64,000 nt of DNA from Acidimicrobiia bacterium (GTDB lineage Bacteria > Actinomycetota > Acidimicrobiia > Spongiisociales > UBA5794): positions 5,415-69,414 of the forward strand of contig JAUIIM010000004.1 of the NCBI GenBank assembly GCA_030431785.1. The letters run 5' to 3'. The position numbers and the translations under genes were made by a program. Below, in pieces: positions 27,904 to 37,654 of the stretch; within the stretch, counting starts at the first letter, position 1; every line of letters begins with the position of its first letter. Under the pieces are notes generated by a model. That model was not told where the DNA came from. It did no database searches and was given only the letters and a program-made list of their open reading frames with translations.

Positions 27904-28782
27904 ATGGGCGACCACCATGTACATCTGCACCCGCACGGTGCCAATGCCGAGACGGGACCGCCACCGGGGGAGTACCCCGATGGGCACATCGAGTCGTACG
28001 TCGAGCATGCTGCCACAAATGGTGCGATGGAGGTCGGGTTCACGGAGCACCTCTACCGATGTGTCGAGTCCGCCGATGCCCTCGGTACGTGGTGGGAAAC
28101 AGACCCGAACAAGGACCTTGCTGCATCGACGGCCGCCTATGTCCACGGTGAGCGGGTGCTCTCGCTCGACAAGTACGTCGATGCGGTGCTTGCGGCCAAG
28201 GACCGCGGACTCCCGGTACTCCTCGGGCTCGAGGTGGACTTCTTCCCCGAGACGATCGAAGCGGTCCTCGACCTCCTCAAGCCGTATCCGTTCGACTTCC
28301 TGATCGGATCGACCCACTGGCTCGGTGCATGGGGAATCGACCTCGAACAGCAAGTCCATGAGTTCGACCGGCGCGGTCACGAACAGTCCTACGAGGACTA
28401 CTTCGCCGTGGAAACCGAACTTGCCCTCTCCGGAACGGTCGATGTTCTCGCTCACTCCGACGTCGTGAAGAAGCAGGGGGTGTTCCTGCCGACGCCTCCG
28501 TTGGAGCTCTACGACACGTTGGCCGAGGCAGCCGGCCGCTCGGGTGTTGCCGTCGAGGTCTCGACCGCTGGGCTGTATCAACCGGCGAAGGAGATGTACC
28601 CGCATCCCGACCTCCTGCAACGGATGTACGCCAACGGTGTCCCCATCACGCTGGCCTCGGACGCTCACCGCCCGAAGAAGTGCGGCCGCGATCGAGACCG
28701 GGCACTCGAGCTCGCCAAGTCTGTCGGATACACGTCGAGTCTCACGTTTCGCGAGCGACAGCCCATCGACGTTCCCTTCTGA
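27904..28782 (+). CDS. histidinol-phosphatase, HisJ (PHP) family
   Basis: PHP motifs DHHVHLHPHG, TEH and ASDAH. Confidence 0.8.
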   Translation: MGDHHVHLHPHGANAETGPPPGEYPDGHIESYVEHAATNGAMEVGFTEHLYRCVESADALGTWWETDPNKDLAASTAAYVHGERVLSLDKYVDAVLAAKDRGLPVLLGLEVDFFPETIEAVLDLLKPYPFDFLIGSTHWLGAWGIDLEQQVHEFDRRGHEQSYEDYFAVETELALSGTVDVLAHSDVVKKQGVFLPTPPLELYDTLAEAAGRSGVAVEVSTAGLYQPAKEMYPHPDLLQRMYANGVPITLASDAHRPKKCGRDRDRALELAKSVGYTSSLTFRERQPIDVPF

Positions 28783-28811
28783 GTCCGGGCACCGTCGTAC
28801 ACTCGACTCCG

Positions 28812-30137
28812 ATGACCGCTTCCCCCACCTCACCCACGGTGTGGCTCACCACACTCGGGTGTTCGAAGAACCAGGTCGACTCGGACAAGATCTCCTCCGT
28901 CCTCGAGTCGTCCGGCTACGTCGACGCCGACTCACCGGAGTCGGCCGATGTCGTCATGGTCAACACGTGTGGATTCATCGAGGACGCCCGCCGCGAATCG
29001 GTCGAGACCATCCTCGATCTCGCGGGCGCCAAGCGTGAGGACGCAAAGCTCGTCGTGATGGGGTGCATGGCGCAGCGATACGAGTCCGAACTGATCGAGG
29101 CGCTCCCGGAGGCAGATGCGGTGATCGGACTCGACCGGTACCCGGAGCTCATCGACGAACTCGATGCGATGACCGGATGGCAACCGATCTCGATCTCCGG
29201 TGTCAAGCGCAGCCACATGGACATCCTCGAAGTCGTCAACCGTCCGACACCAGTTACACCGTTCGCCTATGTGAAGGTCGCCGAGGGTTGCAACAAGACG
29301 TGTGCGTTCTGTGCCATCCCACTGATCCGCGGGAAACAGCGGTCGCGACCGGGGGCCGGGATCATCGCCGAGATCGAGGGGCTCGTGGCCGGGGGAGTAC
29401 AGGAAGTCGTGCTCGTCGCCCAGGACCTCGCTGCCTACGGTCGAGACAACGGTGCCGGCAGCATCGAACAACTCGTCCGTGATGCCGCCGACGTCGACGG
29501 TCTCGGCCGGCTCCGGCTCTACTACCTGTATCCACGGGAGATCCGCGATGGTCTCATCGAGGTGATGACGGAACACCCGGTGATCGCCGACTACTTCGAT
29601 CTGTCACTACAGCACGCCTCTCCCACGCTGTTGCGCTCCATGCGCCGACCGGGGAGCGGGGAGAAGCACCTGGCGTTGATCGAGAAGATCCGAACCGCCG
29701 CACCGCATGCCGCCACCCGGTCCAGTTTCATCGTGGGCTTCCCGGGCGAGACGGAGGAGGATCACGAGATGCTGGCCGACTTCCTCGTCGAGGCACAACT
29801 CGATTGGGCCGGGTTCTTCCCCTACTCGAACGAGGAAGGCACCACCGCTGCCGAGCTCCCTGACCACCTCCCCGCCGACGTGATCGGTGAACGGCTGCGG
29901 CATGTCCAATCCATCCAGGAGGACATCACCGCTGCAAAGAATGCCGATACCGTCGGATCGACGATGCGGGTGCTCGTGGACCAAGTAGAGAACGGTCGTC
30001 CGGTGGGTCGTTCCTTCCGTGAGGCCCCCGAGATCGACGGCATGATCGTGCTCGACTCTGCAGAGGCCGGGACATGGGTGGATGCCGAGATCGTCGGTGC
30101 GTACGGTTCGGACCTCCAGGGCAGGGTCGTGTCGTGA
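28812..30137 (+). CDS. rimO: ribosomal protein S12 methylthiotransferase
   Basis: UPF0004 N-terminus (LGCSKNQVDS), radical SAM motif CNKTCAFC and a TRAM C-terminus. Start at ATG 28812. Confidence 0.9.
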   Translation: MTASPTSPTVWLTTLGCSKNQVDSDKISSVLESSGYVDADSPESADVVMVNTCGFIEDARRESVETILDLAGAKREDAKLVVMGCMAQRYESELIEALPEADAVIGLDRYPELIDELDAMTGWQPISISGVKRSHMDILEVVNRPTPVTPFAYVKVAEGCNKTCAFCAIPLIRGKQRSRPGAGIIAEIEGLVAGGVQEVVLVAQDLAAYGRDNGAGSIEQLVRDAADVDGLGRLRLYYLYPREIRDGLIEVMTEHPVIADYFDLSLQHASPTLLRSMRRPGSGEKHLALIEKIRTAAPHAATRSSFIVGFPGETEEDHEMLADFLVEAQLDWAGFFPYSNEEGTTAAELPDHLPADVIGERLRHVQSIQEDITAAKNADTVGSTMRVLVDQVENGRPVGRSFREAPEIDGMIVLDSAEAGTWVDAEIVGAYGSDLQGRVVS

Positions 30138-31369
30138 TCGTCGAGACCCTTGCGATCGGAACCGAGCTGCTTCTCGGACAGATCGTCAACTCGAATGCTG
30201 CCGACATCGCCTCCCGGTTGGCTGATGCCGGTATGACGCACTACCGGCAGGGGGTCATCGGAGACAACCGGGACCGCATGGACGACGCCATCCGCTACGC
30301 CACTGGTCGCTGTGACGCCCTGATCATGACGGGAGGGATCGGACCGACCGCCGACGATGTGACTCGTGAGAGCGTGGCGGCGGTTGCCGGTGTCCCGCTC
30401 ATCACCGACGAGGCGTACATCGAGGAGATGCGTGAGCGGTGGAAGGCGCGTGGACGAGAATTCCCGGAATCGAACATCCGTCAGGCACAGCGACCGGCGG
30501 GCGCACAGGTCATCCCGAATCGCAAGGGGTCAGCTCCCGGATTCCGCATGGAGATCGACGGTTGCTGGGTCATCTCGCTTCCCGGGGTGCCTGCCGAGAT
30601 GCTCACCATGCTCGACGAGGAAGTCATGCCGTTCCTGCGTTCTGTCGCCGGTCCGGGTCTCGGGATCACGGAGAGTCGCATGCTGCGCACGTGGGGGATG
30701 AGTGAAGCCCGTGTGGGGGAGGAACTCGACGACCTGTTCCGCGAGCTCGAGAACCCGACCGTCGCCTTCCTCGCCTCGGCTGGGGAGATCAAGATCCGTC
30801 TCACGGCGAACGCACCGACGAGCGAGAAAGCCAAGGAGATCATCGCACCGGTCGAAGCCGAGATCCGCGAGCGCCTGGGCTCGCTGGTGTTCGGGGCGGA
30901 CGAAGACACCATCGAGACCGTGCTACACCGGATGCTGCGGGGCAAGGGCTGGACCTTCGGGTCGGCCGAGTCCGCTACCGGAGGCCTGATCGCACGGCGG
31001 ATGACGGCCCTCGGCGGGGCGTCGGAGGTATTCCGTGGTTCGATCGTCGCCTATGCGACCGACCTCAAGGTCGGGTTGCTTGGTGTGGATGCTTCCGAGG
31101 TCGAGCAGCACGGGGTCGTGTCCGAGGAGACCGCCTTGTCGATGGCCAGGGGAGCGCGCGCATCCCTTGGTGTGGACGTCGCCGTTGCCGTCACGGGATC
31201 TGCCGGGCCCGAACCGATGGAGCAGCCGGTCGGGACGATGATCGTTGCGGTCGTCACCCCAGAAGGGGAATCGGTCCGCACGCTGATGATGCCCGGCGAT
31301 CGTGAACGGATCCGTGCCTACACGGCAACGGCAGCGTTGCACATGGTCCGTCGGGCCATCGAGCCCTGA
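30134..31369 (+). CDS. cinA: CinA family protein (MoCF-biosynthesis domain plus nicotinamide-nucleotide amidohydrolase PncC)
   Basis: N-terminal sequence TLAIGTELLLGQIVNSN and a C-terminal ESATGG motif. GTGA overlap with the rimO stop codon. Confidence 0.85.
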   Translation: MIVETLAIGTELLLGQIVNSNAADIASRLADAGMTHYRQGVIGDNRDRMDDAIRYATGRCDALIMTGGIGPTADDVTRESVAAVAGVPLITDEAYIEEMRERWKARGREFPESNIRQAQRPAGAQVIPNRKGSAPGFRMEIDGCWVISLPGVPAEMLTMLDEEVMPFLRSVAGPGLGITESRMLRTWGMSEARVGEELDDLFRELENPTVAFLASAGEIKIRLTANAPTSEKAKEIIAPVEAEIRERLGSLVFGADEDTIETVLHRMLRGKGWTFGSAESATGGLIARRMTALGGASEVFRGSIVAYATDLKVGLLGVDASEVEQHGVVSEETALSMARGARASLGVDVAVAVTGSAGPEPMEQPVGTMIVAVVTPEGESVRTLMMPGDRERIRAYTATAALHMVRRAIEP

Positions 31370-31920
31370 TGTCGGGCAACCTGTTCGCTGCGGTGGCGCT
31401 CAGTGACGACGAACGGCACGCCCTCGCCGCTGTCCTCCGCGACTCGGGTGTTGCACGACGTATGCCGGGGAAGCGGACCAAACCCACCAACTGGCACATC
31501 ACCACCCGTTTCGTCGGAGAGGCGACCGATCCGGAGGCCGATCAGCTTGCGTATCGGATACAAGACCTGATGGACGTCGAACCGTTCCGTGTCGTCGTCG
31601 ATGGAATCGGTGGGTTCCCGAGGCCGTCGAAGGCGTCCGTGGTCTATGCATCGGTCGAAGACCCGACCGGGTCGCTGTCGGGTCTGGCCGCCTTGTGCGA
31701 CGTCGCCGCCACCGACGTCGGGTTCGAGCCGGAAGGGCGGCCGTTCGTCCCGCATCTGACGTTGTCGCGCACCCGTCCTCCGACCGACGTGACCCGCTTC
31801 CCGGAGTCGTTCGACGATCCCGTCCGGATCTCCGTGGGTGCGGTCACGATCTTCCGAACACGGTCCACGCGGGAGGGACCCGTCTACGACCCGCTCCACG
31901 AGATCGCACTCGTCGGGTAA
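31369..31920 (+). CDS. thpR: RNA 2',3'-cyclic phosphodiesterase (2H family)
   Basis: Two HxT/S motifs (HITTRF and HLTLSR). ATGA-type coupling to cinA. Confidence 0.8.
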   Translation: MSGNLFAAVALSDDERHALAAVLRDSGVARRMPGKRTKPTNWHITTRFVGEATDPEADQLAYRIQDLMDVEPFRVVVDGIGGFPRPSKASVVYASVEDPTGSLSGLAALCDVAATDVGFEPEGRPFVPHLTLSRTRPPTDVTRFPESFDDPVRISVGAVTIFRTRSTREGPVYDPLHEIALVG

Positions 31921-31930
31921 CGTTCCTCGC

Positions 31931-32374
31931 ATGTCCCCATCGATCACGCTCCGCGAAGTCGACGACTCCAACGTCAACCAGATCATCGATCTGAGCGTTG
32001 CTGATTCACAACAACACTTCGTCGCACCCAACGTTCGGTCGCTCGCGCAGGCGTATGCGACGACGAAGGTCTGGGTCCGTGCGGTGTACGCCGATGACGA
32101 ACCCGTCGGGTTCGCAATGCTGTCCGACGACCACGAGAAGCCTCGGTACTACCTCTGGCGGTTCATGATCGACGAGCGATACCAGGGGAAGGGCTACGGC
32201 AAGACCGCGCTCGGATTGATCCATGACTACGTGCGGTCACGCCCCGGTGGCGACCGCATCTATCTGTCGTACGTCCCCGCCGAGGGCGGTCCCGAGCACT
32301 TCTACAAGGCGCTGGGATACGTGGATACCGGCGTCGTGCACGACGGTGAGAACGAAGCCGTCCTAGCGCTCTGA
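31931..32374 (+). CDS. GNAT family N-acetyltransferase
   Basis: 147 aa. Acetyl-CoA binding region RYQGKGYGKTAL. Start at ATG 31931. Confidence 0.75.
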   Translation: MSPSITLREVDDSNVNQIIDLSVADSQQHFVAPNVRSLAQAYATTKVWVRAVYADDEPVGFAMLSDDHEKPRYYLWRFMIDERYQGKGYGKTALGLIHDYVRSRPGGDRIYLSYVPAEGGPEHFYKALGYVDTGVVHDGENEAVLAL

Positions 32375-32383
32375 CCGAGATCC

Positions 32384-32411
32384 TTGAATCGAACAGGTGT
32401 TCGGTTACACT
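32384..32411 (+). promoter_or_regulatory. recA promoter candidate with embedded LexA (Cheo-type) box
   Basis: -35 TTGAAT (32384-89), -10 TACACT (32406-11), 16-nt spacer. The box TCGAACAGGTGTTCGG (32389-32404) occupies the spacer. Confidence 0.65.
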
Positions 32412-32432
32412 GACGGCGTTGCCGAACCGGAT

Positions 32433-32455
32433 CTGTCACACCCGCAGGGTACGTT
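32433..32455 (+). promoter_or_regulatory. second recA promoter candidate, CTGTCACAC-N8-TACGTT (RecA-NDp-like)
   Basis: ATCTGTCACAC CCGCAGGG TACGTT, 26 nt upstream of the recA ATG, with the GAAAGGA Shine-Dalgarno in between. Confidence 0.6.
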
Positions 32456-32481
32456 GACGGGACCATACGAAAGGAACCGAC

Positions 32482-33558
32482 ATGGCGAAGGGCGCCGACG
32501 AAAACAGCAGGGCCGAGAAGGACAAGAACCTTGAGATGGCCATGTCCCAGATCGAGCGGCAGTTCGGTACGGGTGCGATCATGCGACTCGGAACCGACCA
32601 GATCCGCAAGATCGATGCCATCCCGACGGGTGCACTCTCGCTCGACCTCGCTCTCGGTATCGGTGGGCTCCCTCGTGGCCGCGTCGTCGAGATCTACGGT
32701 CCGGAGTCATCCGGGAAGACGACCCTCGCACTCCATGCGGTCGCCGAGGCGCAGCGCAACGGTGGAAGTGCGGCATTCATCGACGCCGAGCACGCACTCG
32801 ACCCGATCTACGCAAAGGCGATCGGTGTCGACATCGACGATCTCCTGATCTCCCAGCCCGACACGGGGGAACAGGCGCTCGAGATCGCCGACATGCTGAT
32901 CCGCTCCGGTGCGCTCGACGTGGTCGTGATCGACTCCGTCGCAGCGTTGGTTCCACGTGCCGAGCTCGAAGGCGACATGGGTGACACCCACGTGGGCCTC
33001 CAGGCACGGTTGATGTCCCAGGCTCTGCGGAAATTGTCGGGGACGATCAACCGTTCCCACACCACGGCGATCTTCATCAACCAGATCCGTGAGAAGATCG
33101 GTGTGATGTTCGGTTCGCCCGAGACGACGCCGGGTGGTCGTGCGCTCAAGTTCTACTCGAGCGTTCGTATCGACATCCGTCGCATCGAAGCGATCAAGGT
33201 TGGCACGGAGAACATTGGAAACCGTGTGCGCACGAAGATCGTCAAGAACAAGGTCGCCCCGCCATTTCGGATCGCCGAGTTCGACATCATGTTTGGGGAG
33301 GGCATCTCGCGAGAGGGCAGCCTCCTCGACGTCGCTGTCGAAGAGGGCATCGTCCGCAAGGCCGGCGCTTGGTACACCTACGACGGGGACCAGCTCGGGC
33401 AGGGTCGGGAGAAGGCGAAGGACTTCCTCCGTCAGAATCCGGACCTTGCTGTCCAGCTCCAGGATCAGGTCCTTCGTGCGGTCGGTGTGATCGAGGACGA
33501 AGCGGACGCAGAGGCCGAGGTCAGCGCCGACGATGCGGGTGACGACGCCGAGGGCTGA
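32482..33558 (+). CDS. recA: recombinase RecA
   Basis: Unmistakable RecA sequence ([29 protein letters not shown]). Confidence 0.97.
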   Translation: MAKGADENSRAEKDKNLEMAMSQIERQFGTGAIMRLGTDQIRKIDAIPTGALSLDLALGIGGLPRGRVVEIYGPESSGKTTLALHAVAEAQRNGGSAAFIDAEHALDPIYAKAIGVDIDDLLISQPDTGEQALEIADMLIRSGALDVVVIDSVAALVPRAELEGDMGDTHVGLQARLMSQALRKLSGTINRSHTTAIFINQIREKIGVMFGSPETTPGGRALKFYSSVRIDIRRIEAIKVGTENIGNRVRTKIVKNKVAPPFRIAEFDIMFGEGISREGSLLDVAVEEGIVRKAGAWYTYDGDQLGQGREKAKDFLRQNPDLAVQLQDQVLRAVGVIEDEADAEAEVSADDAGDDAEG

Positions 33559-33729
33559 TCCACCGGTGGTCGGCAGAGATTGTGTCAGCGCAGTCGGTGT
33601 CATGCGGTACCATCGGGGTACGACACACACAAACAACGACTGAAACCGACCGAAAGTCTCTGATGCCGCTGAACCGAGATACGAGGTGAACCAGGCTTAA
33701 CCCCCTGTGTGATCACGTATGTCGAGTGT

Positions 33730-33766
33730 GTGCCGAATCCGCATGGATTCGGCACGCTTGTTTCTC
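33730..33766 (+). terminator. rho-independent terminator candidate downstream of recA
   Basis: Perfect 11-bp stem GTGCCGAATCC / GGATTCGGCAC with loop GCAT, followed by GCTTGTTTCTC. Confidence 0.65.
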
Positions 33767-33813
33767 AGGCACCCAGAAGTCGGTCGGAGTCGGTCACATG
33801 GAACGAGGACATC

Positions 33814-35340
33814 GTGGATCAGGTAGCCAATCTGTTGATCCCCGGAGTGGTGATCGCCGCCGTGTTCATGGCCGGCCTCATCATCGGTCGGAAGCTCGTG
33901 CGCCAGCCGCAGGCACCCGAAGAGATCTTGTCGGATGCCCGCATCGAGGCGCAACGCATCCTTGCGAGAGCCGAGGAAGAAGCCCGCGCCAAGGCAGACA
34001 CCTATCGCGACCGTGAAGAGGCGACGCTCGAACACCGCAAGGTCGAGATCGACTCGCACGAGGAACGGATGAACCAGCGGGCTGCGACGCTCGAACAACG
34101 GGGAAAGAACCTCGCACAGCGCGAGGAGCTCGTCATCGAACGCGAACGGGCTGCCTCTGAGGCAGCTGCCGAGGCGGCACGGATGGCCGAGGATGCCCGT
34201 CTGGAGCTCGAAGCACTCGCGGGGTTCGACAGCCGTGCTGCGAAAGCCGAACTCCTCGAGAAGGTCGAGGACGAAGCCAGACGAGATGCAATGGTCCTCG
34301 TCCGTGACATGGAGTCCAAGGCGCGGGAAGAGGCGGAGCGTCGCTCACGTCGCATCCTCGCCACAGCGATCCAGCGCGTCGCATCCGACGTCGTCACCGA
34401 GACCTCGGTGTCCGCAGTCATGATCCCCTCAGAAGACATGAAGGGACGCATCATCGGTCGGGACGGGCGCAACATCCGCTCCTTCGAGTCCGTGACCGGT
34501 GTCGACCTGATTGTGGACGACACCCCGGACTCGGTGAGTGTCTCGACGTTCGATCCGGTTCGCCGTGAGATCGCCCGTCTGACCCTGGAACGGCTCGTGG
34601 AGGACGGCCGTATCCATCCGACGTCGATCGAGGAGGCCTACGCCAAGGCCCGCGACGAGGTGGAACAGTCGATCCGTGACGCAGGGGAGTGGGCGATGCT
34701 CGAAGTCGGCATCAACCGTCTCCACCCTGAGCTGACGACTCTGGTCGGACGTCTCCGGTACCGAACGTCGTACGGACAGAACGTCCTGAACCATCTGGTC
34801 GAATCGGCCCACATCGGCGGGATGCTCGCTGCGGAGCTGGGCATCGACGAGGCGGAGGCCAAGCGCGCCGCTTTCCTCCACGACATCGGCAAGGCGGTCA
34901 GCCACGAAGTCGGTGGGTCCCACGCCCTCATCGGTGCAGAGATCGCACGTCGGTTCGGCGAGGACGCCGCGATCGTCCATGCGATCGAGGCACACCACAA
35001 CGAGGTCGAACCGAGAACGCTCACGGCCGTGATCGTCCAGGCAGCCGATGCGGTGAGTGCAGCCCGGCCCGGTGCACGCCGAGAGGCGCTCGACTCCTAC
35101 GTCCGACGTCTCGAACGGCTCGAAGACATCGCGAGGAACTTCGACGGTGTGGAGAAGGTGTACGCCCTCCAGGCCGGTAGGGAAGTCCGTGTGGTCGTCG
35201 ACCCGGGCTCGATGGACGATCTCGCATCGAAGGACCTGGCCCGGAGCATCGCGAGGAAGCTCGAGAGCGACCTACAGTATCCGGGTCAAATCGAGGTCAC
35301 GGTCATCCGTGAGTACCGCGCCAAGGAGATCGCCCGCTAG
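33814..35340 (+). CDS. rny: ribonuclease Y
   Basis: N-terminal transmembrane helix, coiled coil, KH domain (GRIIGRDGRNIR) and HD domain (HDIGK). I chose GTG 33814 because the terminator hairpin lies inside the longer ORF that starts at 33709. Confidence 0.85.
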   Translation: MDQVANLLIPGVVIAAVFMAGLIIGRKLVRQPQAPEEILSDARIEAQRILARAEEEARAKADTYRDREEATLEHRKVEIDSHEERMNQRAATLEQRGKNLAQREELVIERERAASEAAAEAARMAEDARLELEALAGFDSRAAKAELLEKVEDEARRDAMVLVRDMESKAREEAERRSRRILATAIQRVASDVVTETSVSAVMIPSEDMKGRIIGRDGRNIRSFESVTGVDLIVDDTPDSVSVSTFDPVRREIARLTLERLVEDGRIHPTSIEEAYAKARDEVEQSIRDAGEWAMLEVGINRLHPELTTLVGRLRYRTSYGQNVLNHLVESAHIGGMLAAELGIDEAEAKRAAFLHDIGKAVSHEVGGSHALIGAEIARRFGEDAAIVHAIEAHHNEVEPRTLTAVIVQAADAVSAARPGARREALDSYVRRLERLEDIARNFDGVEKVYALQAGREVRVVVDPGSMDDLASKDLARSIARKLESDLQYPGQIEVTVIREYRAKEIAR

Positions 35341-35357
35341 CGGGTGCTGGAGCGTCC

Positions 35358-36746
35358 ATGTCGGAAGTCACCATGCTCGGAATGCCGGGTGTCAAAGAGG
35401 TTCGGCCGCGCACGCGTGAGGGCCGCACCTACTTCGTGCGTACGTTCGGTTGTCAGATGAACGAGCACGACTCCGAGCGGATCGCAGGTCTGCTCGAGTC
35501 GGACGGGATGTCACCCGTCGGCACGGCCGAAGAGGCGGATCTCGTCGTCCTGAACACGTGCACGATCCGGGAGAACGCCGACACGAAGCTCTACGGCTAT
35601 CTGGGCAGCCTCAAGCGTCTCAAGGACGATCGTCCGGACCTCCGTATCGCCGTGGGCGGCTGTTCGGCGCAGAAGGAACGAGACATCATCCAAGAACGCG
35701 CCGGGTGGGTCGACGTCGTGTTCGGTACGCACAACGTGCATCGGGTCGTCGACCTCCTCGACCATGCCGAAGAGTGGGGCCCGATCACCGAGATCTGGGA
35801 CGAGACGAAGACGGTCGATGACATCCCGAGTGGGCTCCCAGTCCACCGCGAGTCAGACCATTCAGCGTGGGTGACGATCACCATCGGCTGCAACAACTCC
35901 TGCACGTTCTGCATCGTGCCGATCGTGCGGGGTGCAGAGATCTCCCGCCGGCCCGGTGACGTCATCCGTGAGGTCGAACGTCTGGCGGAAAGCGGCGTGA
36001 AGGAGATCACGCTCCTCGGTCAGAACGTGAACTCCTACGGGCGCGATCTCGACCTGAACGGCCGCAAGCCGCTCTTTGCGGATCTGCTCCGCAGGGTCGG
36101 TGCCGTCGAGGGGATCGAACGGGTCCGCTACACGTCCCCCCACCCGAAGGACTTCCGTGAGGATGTCGCCTTTGCGATGGCAGAAACACCGTCGGTGTGT
36201 GAACAGATCCACTTCCCCCTCCAATCCGGGAGCGATCGGATCCTCGCCCGTATGCACCGTGGCTACACGGCGGAACGCTTCCTCAGGAAGCTCGAGATGA
36301 TGCGCTCGATCGTTCCGGGCCTCAACGCCTCCACCGACGTCATCGTCGGGTTCCCCGGTGAAACGGAAGAGGACTTCCAGAAGACCCTCGACGTCATGGC
36401 ACAAGCCCGGTTCGACAACGCCTTCATGTTCCAGTTCAGCCCGCGCCCGGGGACCCCCGCTGCGGACTACCCGGACCACGTCGACCCTGATGTCGTCCAG
36501 GAGCGCTTCGACCGGCTCGTCGCACAGCAGAACCGCATCACCTTCGAACGGAACCAGGAAGAGGTCGGCACGATTCAACGGGTGATGGTGGAAGGCCCGT
36601 CGAAACGGGATGCGAAGATCGCCACGACCCGCACCCGTGGCAACAAGATCGTCCACATCCCGGGCACATGGGACGCCGGAACGTTCCTCGAAGCGCGTAT
36701 CGTGGAAGCAGCACCGCACTACCTCAGAGGAGAACTGGCATCCTGA
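35358..36746 (+). CDS. miaB: tRNA-2-methylthio-N6-dimethylallyladenosine synthase
   Basis: UPF0004 N-terminus (FGCQMNEHDS), radical SAM motif CNNSCTFC and a TRAM domain. Confidence 0.9.
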   Translation: MSEVTMLGMPGVKEVRPRTREGRTYFVRTFGCQMNEHDSERIAGLLESDGMSPVGTAEEADLVVLNTCTIRENADTKLYGYLGSLKRLKDDRPDLRIAVGGCSAQKERDIIQERAGWVDVVFGTHNVHRVVDLLDHAEEWGPITEIWDETKTVDDIPSGLPVHRESDHSAWVTITIGCNNSCTFCIVPIVRGAEISRRPGDVIREVERLAESGVKEITLLGQNVNSYGRDLDLNGRKPLFADLLRRVGAVEGIERVRYTSPHPKDFREDVAFAMAETPSVCEQIHFPLQSGSDRILARMHRGYTAERFLRKLEMMRSIVPGLNASTDVIVGFPGETEEDFQKTLDVMAQARFDNAFMFQFSPRPGTPAADYPDHVDPDVVQERFDRLVAQQNRITFERNQEEVGTIQRVMVEGPSKRDAKIATTRTRGNKIVHIPGTWDAGTFLEARIVEAAPHYLRGELAS

Positions 36747-37654
36747 ACGTCGTCGCGATCGTCGGGCACACCGCATCCGGGAAGTCTGACATCGCGGAAC
36801 ATGTCGCTCAGGTCTTCGGCGCCGAGATCATCTCGGTCGATTCGATGCAGGTCTATCGGGGCATGGACATCGGTACCGCAAAGCCGGATGCTGCAACCCG
36901 GGCACGGATCCCTCACCACATGGTCGACGTCGTCGAACCGGAGGTCGAGTTCTCGGTGCGAGAGTTCCAGACCCGTGCGCGGGCCGTGTTGGACGATTCC
37001 GGGGCACGTTTCGTCATCGCCGGGGGGAGCGGGCTGCACTTCCGTGCGGTGGTCGATCCGATGGAGTTCGCTCCGACCGACCCGGAGGTACGAGACCGGA
37101 TCGATCGCATGGACACCGATGTCGCTCGTGACCGTCTCGTCGCTGTCGACTCCGAGGCCGGATCGCACGTAGACCTTGCGAACCCGAGACGTGTCGCCAG
37201 GGCGTTGGAGATCCACGAACTCACGGGGGAGACGCCGACCCGGCGCTCTCGGAACCCCCAGAGCTCGGCGGTGGCCGGCTACGAAGCGCTCATCGAGCAC
37301 CACTCGATCGGAATCGATGCCGGAGAGGTCGCCCACGTACGTGCCGAGCAACGATGGAACGCCATGATCGAGCGAGGTCTTGTGGACGAGGTGGCTTCCC
37401 TGGTGGGCCGCATGTCGCGCACTGCAGCCCAGGCGGTCGGATACAAGGAACTGCTCCCCGTAGTGGCCGGAGAAACGACCCTCGAGGAAGCGAGCGAAGA
37501 TGCGTTGGCGGCGACACGCGGCCTGATCAAACGGCAACGCACCTACTTCCGTCGCGATCCCCGAATAGCGTGGATGCCGTGGCATGATGACGCCGAAACA
37601 CGGATCGCCGACGTCGTACGAGAGATCGAGGAGGTGGCGGGGTGGACTTCGTGA
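36668..37654 (+). CDS. miaA: tRNA dimethylallyltransferase
   Basis: P-loop GHTASGKS and DSMQVYRGMDIGTAKP. The only ATG (36668) overlaps miaB by 79 nt, so the true start is uncertain. Confidence 0.85.
   Translation: MGRRNVPRSAYRGSSTALPQRRTGILNVVAIVGHTASGKSDIAEHVAQVFGAEIISVDSMQVYRGMDIGTAKPDAATRARIPHHMVDVVEPEVEFSVREFQTRARAVLDDSGARFVIAGGSGLHFRAVVDPMEFAPTDPEVRDRIDRMDTDVARDRLVAVDSEAGSHVDLANPRRVARALEIHELTGETPTRRSRNPQSSAVAGYEALIEHHSIGIDAGEVAHVRAEQRWNAMIERGLVDEVASLVGRMSRTAAQAVGYKELLPVVAGETTLEEASEDALAATRGLIKRQRTYFRRDPRIAWMPWHDDAETRIADVVREIEEVAGWTS

Noticed and set aside
27390-28043. 217-aa minus-strand ORF overlapping the 27450 hypothetical gene and the PHP phosphatase start
   Set aside because: It overlaps two plus-strand genes, one of which has clear PHP motifs, and its composition looks like a shadow ORF.
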